This document shows positions 20,781 through 31,402 of a stretch of DNA of 64,000 bases, piece by piece. The DNA comes from Dehalococcoidia bacterium (GTDB lineage Bacteria; Chloroflexota; Dehalococcoidia; Lucifugimonadales; VXLM01), in contig OY759598.1 in assembly GCA_963662435.1 (NCBI GenBank), forward strand, positions 2,822,507 through 2,886,506. Reading direction: 5' to 3'. Below the pieces are notes generated by a model. The model saw nothing but the letters and a program-made list of their open reading frames with translations. It was not told the DNA's origin and made no database searches. Position numbers and translations under genes: made by a program. Numbering within the stretch: position 1 is the stretch's first letter; the number at the start of each line of letters is the position of its first letter.

Positions 20781-21325
20781 GCTTGGAAAGAAAGTGCGCC
20801 GAAGAGTTGGTCCGACAGGCCTCGCTTGCGAGACGAGAAGGCCGAACGGACGATGCCCATCGTGACTTGACTGAGGCCGTCTCGCTGTATCGTAGCGAGG
20901 GTGCAGACCGTGAGTTGGTGCGGGCGCTTAGGGCGCTCAGCGAGGTCGAGCGAGACCTCGGGTGGGGCGACGGGGCGCTGAGTCTGTACGAGGAAGCGGT
21001 TGCCGTTTGTCGCGCTGAAGGCGATTCCCTTTTGCTGGCGCACACTATTCGACACTTGGGGCAACTGCATCACGACGCGGCGCGTGTAGAGGACGCCGAG
21101 CAGTGCTATGGTGAGGCGCTGGAACTCTATCGCGGCCACGAGAGTGCTCCCCCGCTGGATGTTGCCAACGCGGTCCGGCCCCTGGCGATACTCAAAGAGG
21201 AAGCGGGAGAGGCGAAGGCGGCTAGGCGGCTGTGGAAAGAAGCACGAGACCTGTACGAGGTCTGCGGCGTGCAGGCGGGGGTCGACGAGTGCTCAGAGCG
21301 GCTCTCTCGGTTGAATAGCGCTTAG
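20777..21325 (+). CDS. Tetratricopeptide repeat protein
   Basis: ATGA overlap with the previous gene; helical repeats A..LY.EA, HLGQLH, CYGEALELY. Confidence 0.75.
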   Translation: MSLERKCAEELVRQASLARREGRTDDAHRDLTEAVSLYRSEGADRELVRALRALSEVERDLGWGDGALSLYEEAVAVCRAEGDSLLLAHTIRHLGQLHHDAARVEDAEQCYGEALELYRGHESAPPLDVANAVRPLAILKEEAGEAKAARRLWKEARDLYEVCGVQAGVDECSERLSRLNSA

Positions 21326-21439
21326 GGCCTTTCCAAGGTCGTAAATGGACTGTCCTTTCCCCGTTCACCTTGAGCTTGTCGAAGGGTCGTCCATTCACAC
21401 TTCGACAGGCTCAGCACGAACGGACTTTGGGAAAGCCCT
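21324..21439. repeat. MITE-like element containing a REP doublet
   Basis: Imperfect outer IRs AGGGCCTTTCCAAGGTC / GACTTTGGGAAAGCCCT around CCGTTC..TGAGCTTGTCGAAG...CTTCGACAGGCTCA..GAACGG. Confidence 0.65.
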
Positions 21440-21516
21440 GGAGTAGCGCCCGTCCTTGAGCAAATCGAGTCCCCGTGATAGGCTACCGCGCACTCCACTG
21501 TGGGGTATGCACGCGG

Positions 21517-23163
21517 ATGACCATTCCGGCGACAAATGGGGGCGGGGAGCCGATCACCTGGGGCAAGGTCATCGACAACCGCAAGTGCATCGGCTGTCAC
21601 GCCTGCACCGTCGCGTGCAAGCAGGAACACGACGTTCCGCTGGGCGTGAACCGCACGTACGTCAAGCAGGTCGAGGTCGGGAGATACCCGAACGTCCGCC
21701 GTCACTTCCAGGTCACCCGGTGCAACCAGTGCGCCGACGCCCCGTGCGTGGAGATCTGCCCCACGACGGCGATGTACCAGCGGCCGGACGGCATTGTAGA
21801 CTTCGACCGCTCCCGCTGTATCGGCTGTCAAGCATGTATGGCGGCGTGTCCATACGACGCCATCTACATCGATCCGGAATCGCACAGCGCTGAGAAATGT
21901 AATTTCTGTACGAATCGGATCGACCGAGGACTACAACCCGCCTGTGTAACGGTCTGCCCTACGCAGGCGATTTTTGTTGGGAACCTCGAAGACCCCGTTT
22001 CGAACGTCTCGAACCTCATCGCGAGGGAGAAGGTCGAGGTACGGCGGCCCGAGAAGAACACCAACCCGAAGGTGTTCTACGTCGACGCTGCAGGGCCCAC
22101 ACTCGATCCGAGCGCGGCGGCGTTCAAGGGCTACTTCAGCCAGTCGCAGCCAATCGACACACAGGTCGCTCCCGGCAGGCCGTCGCCCACAAACGCCAAC
22201 GATCCGACATCCAGCCACGCAGCCGCCATCCTTGCGTACGACAACCCACACCGAGCGCCGTGGAACTGGATCGTCTCAGCGTACACGTGGACGAAGTCGA
22301 TCTCGGCGGGGCTGGTCATGGTCGTTGGGGCCCTCGGACTCCTCGGATACGACCTGAGGATCGGTGGGCTGGGAATCAGCGTGGAGCTGACGGCTGTCGC
22401 TGCCGCCGCCCTCCTGCTTGCGGTTACGGCGGGGCTGCTCGTGCTCGATCTGCATCATCCCGAACGGTTCGTGTACACGCTGCTGAAGCCCCAGTGGAGG
22501 TCGTGGGTGACGCGCGGGGCGTACATCATCACGGCGTTCGGCACGTTTCTGGTTGTGTACGCAGTAGCTTTACTTATGGACGCAAGTGGAGTGCTCATCA
22601 CAACCGTTCGAGTTGTCGCCGTTCTCCTCGCCCTTGCGGCGGGCGTGTACACGGCGTTCCTGTTCGGCCAGGCGAAAGGACGCGACCTTTGGCAGGACCC
22701 CGGACTGCCTGCACACTTCTTCGTTCGCACGGCGCTGGCGGGGGTCGCCGCGCTCAGTCTAATCGCGTCCCATGGCGGATTTAACGTGAACCCGACGATA
22801 TTCCACTGGGGCATCCTCATCGCGCTGGTCCTGCACGGGGCGTTCATGATCGGGCATGTGGCGAGAAGTCGTGCGGGCACGTCCGAGGCGACGCGCAACA
22901 TGGTGCTTGGTCCGTATAGATTCTACTTTTGGGGCAGCTTCCTGATCGGAGTCGCCGTTCCGGCCGCGATCATGGCACGAGACGTTTGGCATTCTGCGTC
23001 GGAGACGACCATGGACATGCCTGCGGTGTTCACGAAAGCACCCATCTTCAACTTCTCCTCAACAGACATCGATCTGGTGGCTGCGTCCGTCATGGCCCTC
23101 GTCGGGCTTGCGCTGTATGAGCACGCATACGTTCAGGCTGGGCAGTCGGTGCCTCAGAGCTAG
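21517..23163 (+). CDS. Fused 4Fe-4S dicluster (NrfC/PsrB-like) and NrfD/PsrC-like membrane anchor
   Basis: CIGCHACTVAC, CNQC..PC..CP, CIGCQACMAACP, KCNFC..PAC..CP; then DLHHPERF, SWVTRGA and multiple TM segments. Confidence 0.88.
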   Translation: MTIPATNGGGEPITWGKVIDNRKCIGCHACTVACKQEHDVPLGVNRTYVKQVEVGRYPNVRRHFQVTRCNQCADAPCVEICPTTAMYQRPDGIVDFDRSRCIGCQACMAACPYDAIYIDPESHSAEKCNFCTNRIDRGLQPACVTVCPTQAIFVGNLEDPVSNVSNLIAREKVEVRRPEKNTNPKVFYVDAAGPTLDPSAAAFKGYFSQSQPIDTQVAPGRPSPTNANDPTSSHAAAILAYDNPHRAPWNWIVSAYTWTKSISAGLVMVVGALGLLGYDLRIGGLGISVELTAVAAAALLLAVTAGLLVLDLHHPERFVYTLLKPQWRSWVTRGAYIITAFGTFLVVYAVALLMDASGVLITTVRVVAVLLALAAGVYTAFLFGQAKGRDLWQDPGLPAHFFVRTALAGVAALSLIASHGGFNVNPTIFHWGILIALVLHGAFMIGHVARSRAGTSEATRNMVLGPYRFYFWGSFLIGVAVPAAIMARDVWHSASETTMDMPAVFTKAPIFNFSSTDIDLVAASVMALVGLALYEHAYVQAGQSVPQS

Positions 23164-23168
23164 AGAGC

Positions 23169-26099
23169 ATGACGATCACGAACAACATACCGCTCGATCA
23201 CCTGCACACTCCCGCAGGCGGGGGGCTTTCGAGCTTCCCGTCTCCCGATGAGTGGGACGACTGGGTGGACTACGGCCCCGATGACCTGCCTGACAGCGAG
23301 GAGCGTCACTACGCTCTCGTGCCGACGGTGTGCTTCAACTGTGAGGCGGCGTGCGGGCTGCTTGCCTACGTGGACAAGCAGAGCCACGAAATCCACAAGA
23401 TCGAGGGGCATCCGCTGCACCCGGGCAGCCGTGGGCGGAACTGTCCGAAGGGGCCCGCCACCCTCAACCAGGTGAACAACCCTGACCGCATCCTGAAGCC
23501 GCTCAAGCGCGTGGGAAACCGGGGCGACGGCCAGTGGGAAGAGGTCTCGTGGGACGAGGCGCTCGACGACATCGCCGGACGCATCCGTGCCGCCATCCAG
23601 GAGGACAGGCGCGACGAGGTGGTCTATCACGTGGGGCGTCCCGGCGAGGACGGGTACACCGAGCGTGTCGTCGCGGCATGGGGAGTGGACGGCCACAACT
23701 CGCACACCAACGTGTGTTCGGCGGCGGCCCGTACGGGATACGCGTTCTGGATGGGCATGGACCGTCCGAACCCCGATTACGAGCACGCGAAGTTCATCCT
23801 GCTCATGTCGTCCCACCTCGAGTCGGGCCACTACTTCAATCCACACGCTCAGCGGATCGTGGACGCCAAGCTGCGCGGCACGAAGGTCGCGGTGGTGGAC
23901 ACGAGGCTCTCCAACACGGCGTCGCAGGCGGACATCTGGCTCTCGCCGAATCCAGGCACCGAGGCGGCGATGCTCCTGGCCATGGCGAACCACCTGATCC
24001 AAAACGACCTGTTCGACAGTAACTTCGTGCGAAGGTGGGTCAACTGGCAAGATCTCCTCGAGGACTGGGACTATCTCGACTTCCTGAAAGAGGACGGCGC
24101 AATCAAGGTCGTCCCGAAGGGCGAGTCGTTCGGTGACTTCGTGGAGCTGCTCAAGCAGATGTACTGGCAGTACACGCCTGAGTGGGCGGAGGAGGAGTCG
24201 GGTGTGCCCGCGGAGGCCATCGTGGCGGTGGCAGACGAGATCGCTCGCGCGGGGACGGCGTTCGCCTCGCATATCTGGCGTAACGCCGCTGCAGGGCACC
24301 TCGGCGGATGGATGATCACGCGGTGCCTGTTCTTCCTGAACGTGTTGACGGGCTCGGTCGCTACGAAGGGGGGGACGATCCCGAACTCGTGGACGAAGTT
24401 CGTGCCCAAGCCGCACACGATACCCTCACCGATCAAGACGTGGAACGAAAACCACTGGCCGCTGGAGTTCCCCCTCGCCCACTTCGAGATGAGCTTCCTG
24501 CTGCCGCACATCCTCAAGGACAACGGCAGCACCATCGACGTGTACTTCACCCGCGTGTACAACCCGGTGTGGACGAACCCGGACGGTACGTCGTGGGTGG
24601 AGATGCTGGAGGACGACCGTGTAGGTCTGCACGTGGCGCTCACTCCGGTGTGGAGCGAGACGGCGCAGTGGGCCGACTACGTGCTGCCGACGGGGCTGGG
24701 GCCGGAGCGTCATGACCTCCACTCGCTGGAGACGCACGCCTCGCAGTGGATCGGGTGGCGGCAGCCAGTGATCCGCGCGCTCAAGGAGAAGCTGGGACAC
24801 GACGTTGCCGACACGCGCGACGCCAATCCCGGCGACGTGTGGGAGGAGAACGAGTTCTGGATCGAGCTGTCGTGGCGTATCGACCCGGACGGGTCGATGG
24901 GCATACGGCGGCACTTCGAGTCCCCATTCCGGCCGGGGGAGAAGATCACCGTCAACGACTACTACCGGCACATCTTCGAGAACGGCGTTCCGGGTCTGCC
25001 GGAGATGGCTGCGGACGAGGGCCTGACGCCGTTCGAGTACATGCGGAAGTACGCAGCGTACGAGGTGACGACCGACGTTTATGACGAGCACGAGTGCCCG
25101 GTCGACGAGACCATCCTGAACGACCCGATGATCATCGACGAGGACACCGGCCTGATCTGGTGTGCGCAGCCAGGCGGGGACGCGAACAACAGGCCCTATC
25201 CGGGGCCGTTCCGCGACGAGGGCGGGAAGATCCGCATCGGCATCGAGATGGACGGGAGGCGGCTGATGGGGTTCCCGACGCCATCCGCGCGGCTGGAGTT
25301 CTACTCGCCAACGCTGAAGGAGTGGGGATGGCCGCAGTACGCGGTCCCGCGCTACCCTCGCGACGAGGGCGAGCGGGAGCGGATGGAGCACATCGTCAGC
25401 CAGGTGCATCCCTCGAAGCTCGACCACGACGCGAACGAGTACGACCTGTTGCCAACGTTCCGGCTGCCGAACCTGATCCACAGCCGCACGAACGGGGCGA
25501 AGTGGCTCTACGAGATCGCGCACACCAACCCCGTGTGGGTCAATCCGGTCGATGCTCGGCGCATGGGCGTGGAGACGGGCGACCTCGTGAAGGTGGAGAC
25601 GGAGATCGGGTCGTTCGTCGACCGCGTGTGGGTGACGGAGTCGATCAAGCCGGGCGTGGTGGCGTGCTCGCACCACATGGGCCGTTGGCGGCGGTTCGAG
25701 GAACACGGGAGCGACCGGTGGAACTCCGCCGTCGTCGATCTCTCCAAGGACGGCGACGAGTGGCAGATGCGGCAGCGGCAGGGCGTCACGACATGGAAGT
25801 CGTCGGACCCCGACTCGGAGCGGCTGTGGTGGTCGGACGGGGGAGTGCATCAGAACCTCATCATGCCGGTGCAGCCCGACCCGATCAGCGGTCAGCACTG
25901 CTGGCACCAGAAGGTGCGTGTCACGAAGGCGGGCCCCGACGACGAGTACGGCGACGTGAAGGTCGACTCGGAGAAGTCGCACCAGGTGTACAAGCAGTGG
26001 CTCGAGCTCTGCCGTCCGGCCCCCGGCCCCGACGGGACGCGTCGCCCGTACTGGCTGCTGCGCCCGATCAAGCCCACGCCGGAGTCGTATCGGGTGTGA
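23169..26099 (+). CDS. Molybdopterin (DMSO reductase family) oxidoreductase catalytic subunit
   Basis: CFNCEAAC...NCPKG Fe-S motif, DRILKPLKR, SWDEALD, SETAQWADYVLP, HSRT. Confidence 0.9.
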   Translation: MTITNNIPLDHLHTPAGGGLSSFPSPDEWDDWVDYGPDDLPDSEERHYALVPTVCFNCEAACGLLAYVDKQSHEIHKIEGHPLHPGSRGRNCPKGPATLNQVNNPDRILKPLKRVGNRGDGQWEEVSWDEALDDIAGRIRAAIQEDRRDEVVYHVGRPGEDGYTERVVAAWGVDGHNSHTNVCSAAARTGYAFWMGMDRPNPDYEHAKFILLMSSHLESGHYFNPHAQRIVDAKLRGTKVAVVDTRLSNTASQADIWLSPNPGTEAAMLLAMANHLIQNDLFDSNFVRRWVNWQDLLEDWDYLDFLKEDGAIKVVPKGESFGDFVELLKQMYWQYTPEWAEEESGVPAEAIVAVADEIARAGTAFASHIWRNAAAGHLGGWMITRCLFFLNVLTGSVATKGGTIPNSWTKFVPKPHTIPSPIKTWNENHWPLEFPLAHFEMSFLLPHILKDNGSTIDVYFTRVYNPVWTNPDGTSWVEMLEDDRVGLHVALTPVWSETAQWADYVLPTGLGPERHDLHSLETHASQWIGWRQPVIRALKEKLGHDVADTRDANPGDVWEENEFWIELSWRIDPDGSMGIRRHFESPFRPGEKITVNDYYRHIFENGVPGLPEMAADEGLTPFEYMRKYAAYEVTTDVYDEHECPVDETILNDPMIIDEDTGLIWCAQPGGDANNRPYPGPFRDEGGKIRIGIEMDGRRLMGFPTPSARLEFYSPTLKEWGWPQYAVPRYPRDEGERERMEHIVSQVHPSKLDHDANEYDLLPTFRLPNLIHSRTNGAKWLYEIAHTNPVWVNPVDARRMGVETGDLVKVETEIGSFVDRVWVTESIKPGVVACSHHMGRWRRFEEHGSDRWNSAVVDLSKDGDEWQMRQRQGVTTWKSSDPDSERLWWSDGGVHQNLIMPVQPDPISGQHCWHQKVRVTKAGPDDEYGDVKVDSEKSHQVYKQWLELCRPAPGPDGTRRPYWLLRPIKPTPESYRV

Positions 26100-26326
26100 G
26101 GAGATTCACCGCAGAGGGCGCGGGGGGAGCCAGGTGAAAGTCCTGTTTTTGTCGCATTTTGGGACATTTTGGGACATTTCCGCTGTGGGACGCGCCCCGT
26201 GACTCTTTCGGCGGCGGGGGCGGCCCTCACCCTAGCACTCTCCCACGACGGGAGAGGGGATAAGAGGATTCACCGCGGAAGGCGCGGAGATCGCGGAGCC
26301 GAAGGAAGAAAGTTAGGAAACCCGCA

Positions 26327-26380
26327 GTCCCCGTATTCTCCCCGGAGCTCTATCCACTCCGAGGTGTAGGCCTGTATCAC
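26327..26380 (-). pseudogene. Degenerate 5' remnant of a vapC (PIN) toxin
   Basis: GTG overlapping the vapB stop encodes VIQAYTSEWIELRG, similar to PIN N-termini (ILxDTSxWIE). Confidence 0.45.
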
Positions 26381-26580
26381 GGGGCGTGGCGGGAGCGAAT
26401 GGCCTCAAGGTCGCCCTCCCATCCGATGCCACGAAATGAGCGTGCTTCATCGACAGAAGCGGTCTCGGCGGCCAGCATCCGCAGCGCAAGGTTGATCGCC
26501 TCGCCTCTGGTGGCAAGCCGGTAGCGCCGCATGACCTCAGCGCACGCCTGATCGTCGATGTCTCCGTTGATGCATGTCAT
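26377..26580 (-). CDS. VapB-family antitoxin
   Basis: DIDDQACAEVMRRYRLATRGEAINLALR...GWEGDLEAIR resembles actinobacterial-type VapB. Confidence 0.7.
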   Translation of the reverse strand: MTCINGDIDDQACAEVMRRYRLATRGEAINLALRMLAAETASVDEARSFRGIGWEGDLEAIRSRHAP

Positions 26581-26650
26581 ACGTCTAGCGTACATCTTCG
26601 AGGCGAGGACCGACAAAAGCGCGACTGCATGCGCCGGAGGCGTTTCGGGT

Positions 26651-26837
26651 GTGAGACGGTTTGAGAATGTGAGAGGGTTTGAGAAGCCGCTAAAATATCT
26701 GTCCATCTTCGTGTTCTCGATTGGTCTCGACGTTCTTCGCACGTCCTCAAAGGGTGTTTGAAGCTGTTTCGGGTGGGCGGGCCAGGCTGGAGACGGGGGC
26801 GTGAGACGGTTTGAGAATGTGAGAGGGTTTGAGAAGC
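26651..26837. repeat. 37-bp direct repeat x2, each made of two 18-mers
   Basis: GTGAGACGGTTTGAGAATGTGAGAGGGTTTGAGAAGC at 26651-26687 and 26801-26837. Confidence 0.85.
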
Positions 26838-27003
26838 TGTCAAAACCGTCAACCCCCTTTCGTTGGTTTCATTCTCATTTTGTCTCATAGGGTTTCCCGG
26901 GTTCGGGGCACGTCGACGGGAATCCGTTACTGTGATGCGTCTAATGTAGATTATGTGTTCTTGTGCGTCAAATTGGGCAGTCCCGCAAAGCTGCCCAAAG
27001 ACA

Positions 27004-28464
27004 CTATTCCTGCATGGTCAGTCGGTCTTCCAAGGCATGGATAGCATCGTCTTCAAGCAAGTTGGCCCTGTCCTTGTACTCAAACGCTTTGATGACGGGG
27101 TTCCCTACCGCATCCTGAATCTCCCTAGGAGGATCAGGAATCATGATTCGGGACGCATCGTCAGAGGTAAGTTCGTCAACTACAGCTCCGTAGACTTTTG
27201 AGGTAACTTGATGCTGTCCGTAAGGCGTCATCAAGAATAGGGCGAGGTAGCCAGGATTGTATTCTGGTTCTTTCGCAACGAAGCGAACAATGTGCTGGGA
27301 CGCAGCCCAACCATCTGCTAGGCTAGACACCATACCAACCCGGCCCACAGTCCCAGAGCACGTCATCAGCACCCACCTGCTACTAATCCTACACTGGCTT
27401 ATGTTTCTTTCGTCGCTCCGGGCTAGGTACTTTAGGCCGAATGGTCTCATTAGCGGGATATGGGAACCTTGCATGAACGGCACACCGTGCCTTTCGCTGA
27501 CGTAATTCCTTTTGAACCTACCAGGGTGGAAGATTCGACTGCATATCTGTTCCATCGCTATAGGTTTGTACCGGCCTGACTCCATTGCCGATACTGCCGT
27601 TTCAGCTATAGGGACATGATATGAGGCGTCAAGCCGGTTACCAATGTCAGCGGAGCTAACAGCGAATGAGCGAAGGGCTCCAGAGGGTGGATGAGGTTTG
27701 GGGCTGAGATAGCTGACCAAACTCTCATCAAATGGTGGCAAGTCGAAACCAGTATAGAAGGTAGTCGTTGCATCGTCTAGCAAACTGTTTGCCTTCTCTC
27801 TCAGTGAATAAGCCGCCTGGACACGATCAGCTATTTCCTGCAAGTCTGAGAGTGGCAAGACTGGAACCGGAATACTGGTTGCGTGGTGTGGTTCTAAGTG
27901 TTTGACAGCGGACCCATACTGACTCTTCGTCAGAAGAGCCTGGCCTATCCAAGTTGACAGAAACGCATACAGGTAACCGGTAGGAATCTCAAGAGACTGT
28001 ACTCTGACTCTGAGAGCGTCATCAGAAATGGCGAACTGAGCTAAACGGTCTCCAACCAGAACACACCTGCCTACCGAGCCTGAGCGAGTAATGAGAATAG
28101 AATCCTTTTGCACAGCGCATTTCTCTGCCTGACCTTGCAGGTTAGCTAAGTTGACGCCACTCTCAGGGCGAAACCTCATCATCATGGAGGCAGTCAGAAA
28201 GGGACGACCATGCTCGCGGCTAGCGTAAATCCGCTTGAATCGCCCCGGGTACGAAATTGAGTCGCAAAGGTTCCCCAGTTCGTGAAGTTCATAGCCGCAT
28301 TCCTGCAGTATCCTTTGAGCTTGCTCTGAATCGCTCGAATGATAGCCTGCGTCCATCCTCATATCACCTCGGTAGAGGCGGGCTGAACTCAGTTGAACGG
28401 TCGTTGCTGTGGTGGATTCTGAGCGGTAATCCAGGAGTTCGGCGAGATGTGGAGTCTCAACCAT
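27004..28464 (-). CDS. R-M specificity subunit (HsdS-like, two TRDs)
   Basis: Internal duplication RMDAGYH/RLDASYH, ILITRSGSVGR/LMTCSGTVGR, GYL..FL; overlaps the methylase stop. Confidence 0.8.
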   Translation of the reverse strand: MVETPHLAELLDYRSESTTATTVQLSSARLYRGDMRMDAGYHSSDSEQAQRILQECGYELHELGNLCDSISYPGRFKRIYASREHGRPFLTASMMMRFRPESGVNLANLQGQAEKCAVQKDSILITRSGSVGRCVLVGDRLAQFAISDDALRVRVQSLEIPTGYLYAFLSTWIGQALLTKSQYGSAVKHLEPHHATSIPVPVLPLSDLQEIADRVQAAYSLREKANSLLDDATTTFYTGFDLPPFDESLVSYLSPKPHPPSGALRSFAVSSADIGNRLDASYHVPIAETAVSAMESGRYKPIAMEQICSRIFHPGRFKRNYVSERHGVPFMQGSHIPLMRPFGLKYLARSDERNISQCRISSRWVLMTCSGTVGRVGMVSSLADGWAASQHIVRFVAKEPEYNPGYLALFLMTPYGQHQVTSKVYGAVVDELTSDDASRIMIPDPPREIQDAVGNPVIKAFEYKDRANLLEDDAIHALEDRLTMQE

Positions 28465-30208
28465 TGAGCCAAGCCTTGCGGTCAGAATGGTTCACCCATG
28501 TACGAAAACTGTCCACGACGGCAGGCAATTCATTGTGAATAACGGGGCGGCGCCTTATGGGCCTTTCTACTACAGTACCGCCTTCTCGGGAACGCCGGAA
28601 GACTGCGGAGGAGTCTTCCTCCTCCATTAGATTTCCTTCCGGCGTGCGCAGATACAAAGGATTGCCCCGGCGGTCGTGCCCTACAGCACGAGGCAACGCC
28701 ATGAAGACCTCGTATTCTCTGGCTTGGCCTATTTCTTGTTCTATCGCAACTTCTGCCGCGCTCTTCTTTTGTAAAAGTAGTACGCTCGTTTGCGTTCCGG
28801 TATGAGGCTCAAAGGTCGCTTGGGGCAAGTCTATGCTTGCAACTATGCGTGCCTTGCCGAGGAGCCATCTCCGCAAGCCAAGCAGACCGGGATTCGACAG
28901 GATGCTATCAGGGAGCACAATCGCTAACCGCCCTCCTGGGCGCAACAGCTGTAGGCATCGTTCGATAAATAGTTGGTCTGGAGGTACTGAGTTACGTCGG
29001 CGATCAGTCGCAGATGCTACTTCAAACTGCTCAAGGATGTGAGGGTCGTCTATCCGAATGTCGTCGCCGAATGGGGGGTTAGTCGCAATCACGTCGAAGT
29101 GATTCATCCTTATGTTGCCATGGACGTTGTTCTTGTCGTCGCTGGGCCATTCACCAGGAGGCAAGAGGGAATCGGCGTGAAATACATTGGTTGAGCCATC
29201 CCCGTGCATTACGAGATTCATCTGGGCTGCCCGCACCAGAATTGGATTGAAGTCGATGCCAAAAAGACGACTAGACGCGATGTCACGCAACTGGGTCTCA
29301 GTTTCGGCCTCGACTTGTCGGTCGTCTTCTCCCCACTTCTCCCTTGCGAGGGCCTGAACGTGATCATGCCAAACGTTCATTAGGGCAACGAGGAAGCCAC
29401 CCGTGCCAGCAGCAGGGTCCAAAACGTTCAGATTGAGCCACTGCTCTCGGGGGAAGGTGGCCAATACCATCTCAGCGGCCATCTTGCAGACACGGTGCGG
29501 GGTAAAGAACTCGCCTCGATCGCCGCGAAGATTTGAGCCAACCAGCTGTTCATAGGCAACGCCTTTCAGATCGGCTCTAGTTTGCATCAGAGAGTAGCGC
29601 TGCAGTTCCCCTACAATGTAGGCCAAGACTCGATTGTTGAGTTCCAATTGGGTGTCGGGTGCGAAAATATATGGATAACGGGCTTTGACCCTCTCAAACA
29701 GATCTGCGATAGACTTTCTCAGCTTGTCTTGCCCCAGGAAAGACCGACGTTCCTCGTTTCCAATGAAGAACTTCAGGGTGTCGGTGAGTTCACGCTCATC
29801 CTGAACCTTACAGAAGATAATCTTCAAGAATTCCTGGAAGGCAGCTTCCTTTTGAAGACCCTGGTTACCATAGATGTAGTCGTGGCATCTCTTGAATACA
29901 GCCGCTAGATCCTCGTCAGCCGGTACCAAGTCGGCAAATTTTGGCGGCTTCGGAGAATCGGAACCGAAACGGGGGATGTCGGTGGCCACCAAGTAGTCCG
30001 GTACGCCGTCATGCTGGGTTTTTTCCCATACTTGCAGTTCTTCGCCTACCCACATCCCAAATCGGGAATTAAGGCAAGCTGACAAGTAGGACTTCAGTTG
30101 CCCGACTCCATTTGACTCATCAGCCGCCTTCGTCTCGGGCCGCTTGCACTCAATGACGATGGAGATTGCTTCCTGCTTGTGCTCGGTTGATGGAGGAAAG
30201 ACTGCTAA

Positions 30209-31402
30209 GGAACCTCTGAACAAGTCTATGTTCTAAGGCATAGTATCATGGGGGTCATCACGATAGCCGAGGAGAGATTCGATGGACCAGCCAACCTTCG
30301 CCGACTTGGAATACGAGGGCAAGAAGCGAAAGACTCGCAGGGAGAAGTTTCTTGAACGCATGGACGGTCTGATCCCTTGGGAAGAGTTGGAAGAGCGCAT
30401 CCGACCGTTCTACCCCAAGGCTGGCCGTGGTCGGCGCCCCTATGAGTTGTCGACGATGCTTCGGATACATTGCGTGCAGTTGTTCTATAACCTGAGCGAC
30501 CCCGGGATAGAAGACATGCTTTACGAGGTCGAGTCGGTGAGACGCTTCGTAGGTCTGAGGCTATCTGGGCCGTTGCCGGACGAGACGACGATCCTGAACT
30601 TCCGCCATCTGTTGGACAAGCACGAGTTGGGCACGGGCCTGATGGAGGAGATAAACCGTCATCTGGAGTCTCAGGGACTTCGTCTACAGGAGGGGACTAT
30701 AGTGGACGCGAGCATCATCGCCGCGCCGTCGTCGACGAAGAATCGGAGTAAGGAGCGCGACCCTGAGATGCGCCAGACCAAGAAGGGTAACGAGTGGCAC
30801 TTCGGTATGAAGTTGCATATCGGAGTGGACTCTGAGACGGGAGTGGTGCATAGCGTGTCCACAACGCCGGCGAACGTGCATGACGTGACTGAAACGCCTC
30901 GGTTACTGCACGGTGGGGAGACACAAGTGTGGGGTGATGCGGGGTATCAGGGGGTGGACAAGAGGCCTGAGAATCGAGACTTGGAGGTGGAGTGGCAGGT
31001 GGCGATGAGGCCTGGTCAGCGTCGAAAACTGAAGGTTGGGAGCGATGATGCGGCGAGGGAGAAGCGCAAGGCATCAGTAAGGGCGAAGGTGGAGCATCCG
31101 TTCCTGTACGTCAAGAGGCGCTTTGGCTACACGAAGGTCCGCTACCGAGGGCTGGCCAAGAACACGCAGCGGCTGGCATTGCTGCTGGGGTTCGCCAACC
31201 TGATGAGAGCCGAGCGATACTTGGCAGTGTGAGTGACCTTGTATACGTGGGCCCAATCAGGGCTGACAGGGACGAAGATGTCCCGCCAGAGGCAAAAGCA
31301 GGACGAAATAACCCCACCTAAGCTCCAAGTAAAGGCTCAACATCTCCGAAAACGCCTACAATCAACTCAGCCCAACTCCACAGCTGGTTGTTCAGAGGTT
31401 CC
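30209..31402 (+). mobile_element. IS5-family insertion sequence, 1194 bp
   Basis: TIRs GGAACCTCTGAACAA / TTGTTCAGAGGTTCC; 4-bp target duplication CTAA (30205-30208, 31403-31406). Confidence 0.95.
30282..31232 (+). CDS. IS5 family transposase
   Basis: PDETTILNFRH, IVDAS, WHFGMKLHIGVD, GDAGYQG, RAKVEHPF, RYRGLAKN. Confidence 0.95.
   Translation: MDQPTFADLEYEGKKRKTRREKFLERMDGLIPWEELEERIRPFYPKAGRGRRPYELSTMLRIHCVQLFYNLSDPGIEDMLYEVESVRRFVGLRLSGPLPDETTILNFRHLLDKHELGTGLMEEINRHLESQGLRLQEGTIVDASIIAAPSSTKNRSKERDPEMRQTKKGNEWHFGMKLHIGVDSETGVVHSVSTTPANVHDVTETPRLLHGGETQVWGDAGYQGVDKRPENRDLEVEWQVAMRPGQRRKLKVGSDDAAREKRKASVRAKVEHPFLYVKRRFGYTKVRYRGLAKNTQRLALLLGFANLMRAERYLAV

Noticed and set aside
23160..25982. 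Long antisense ORFs (418 and 518 aa), and similar ones opposite infB, coxL and the 33878-35467 gene
   Set aside because: Shadow ORFs caused by high-GC codon bias opposite clear genes
26125..26145. RNase P RNA (GAAAGTCC motif)
   Set aside because: No other RNase P conserved elements nearby; the motif lies inside a repeat mosaic
26377..26888. Extended 121-aa and 103-aa ORFs
   Set aside because: They run through the non-coding 37-bp repeats; only the C-terminal ~67 aa resemble VapB
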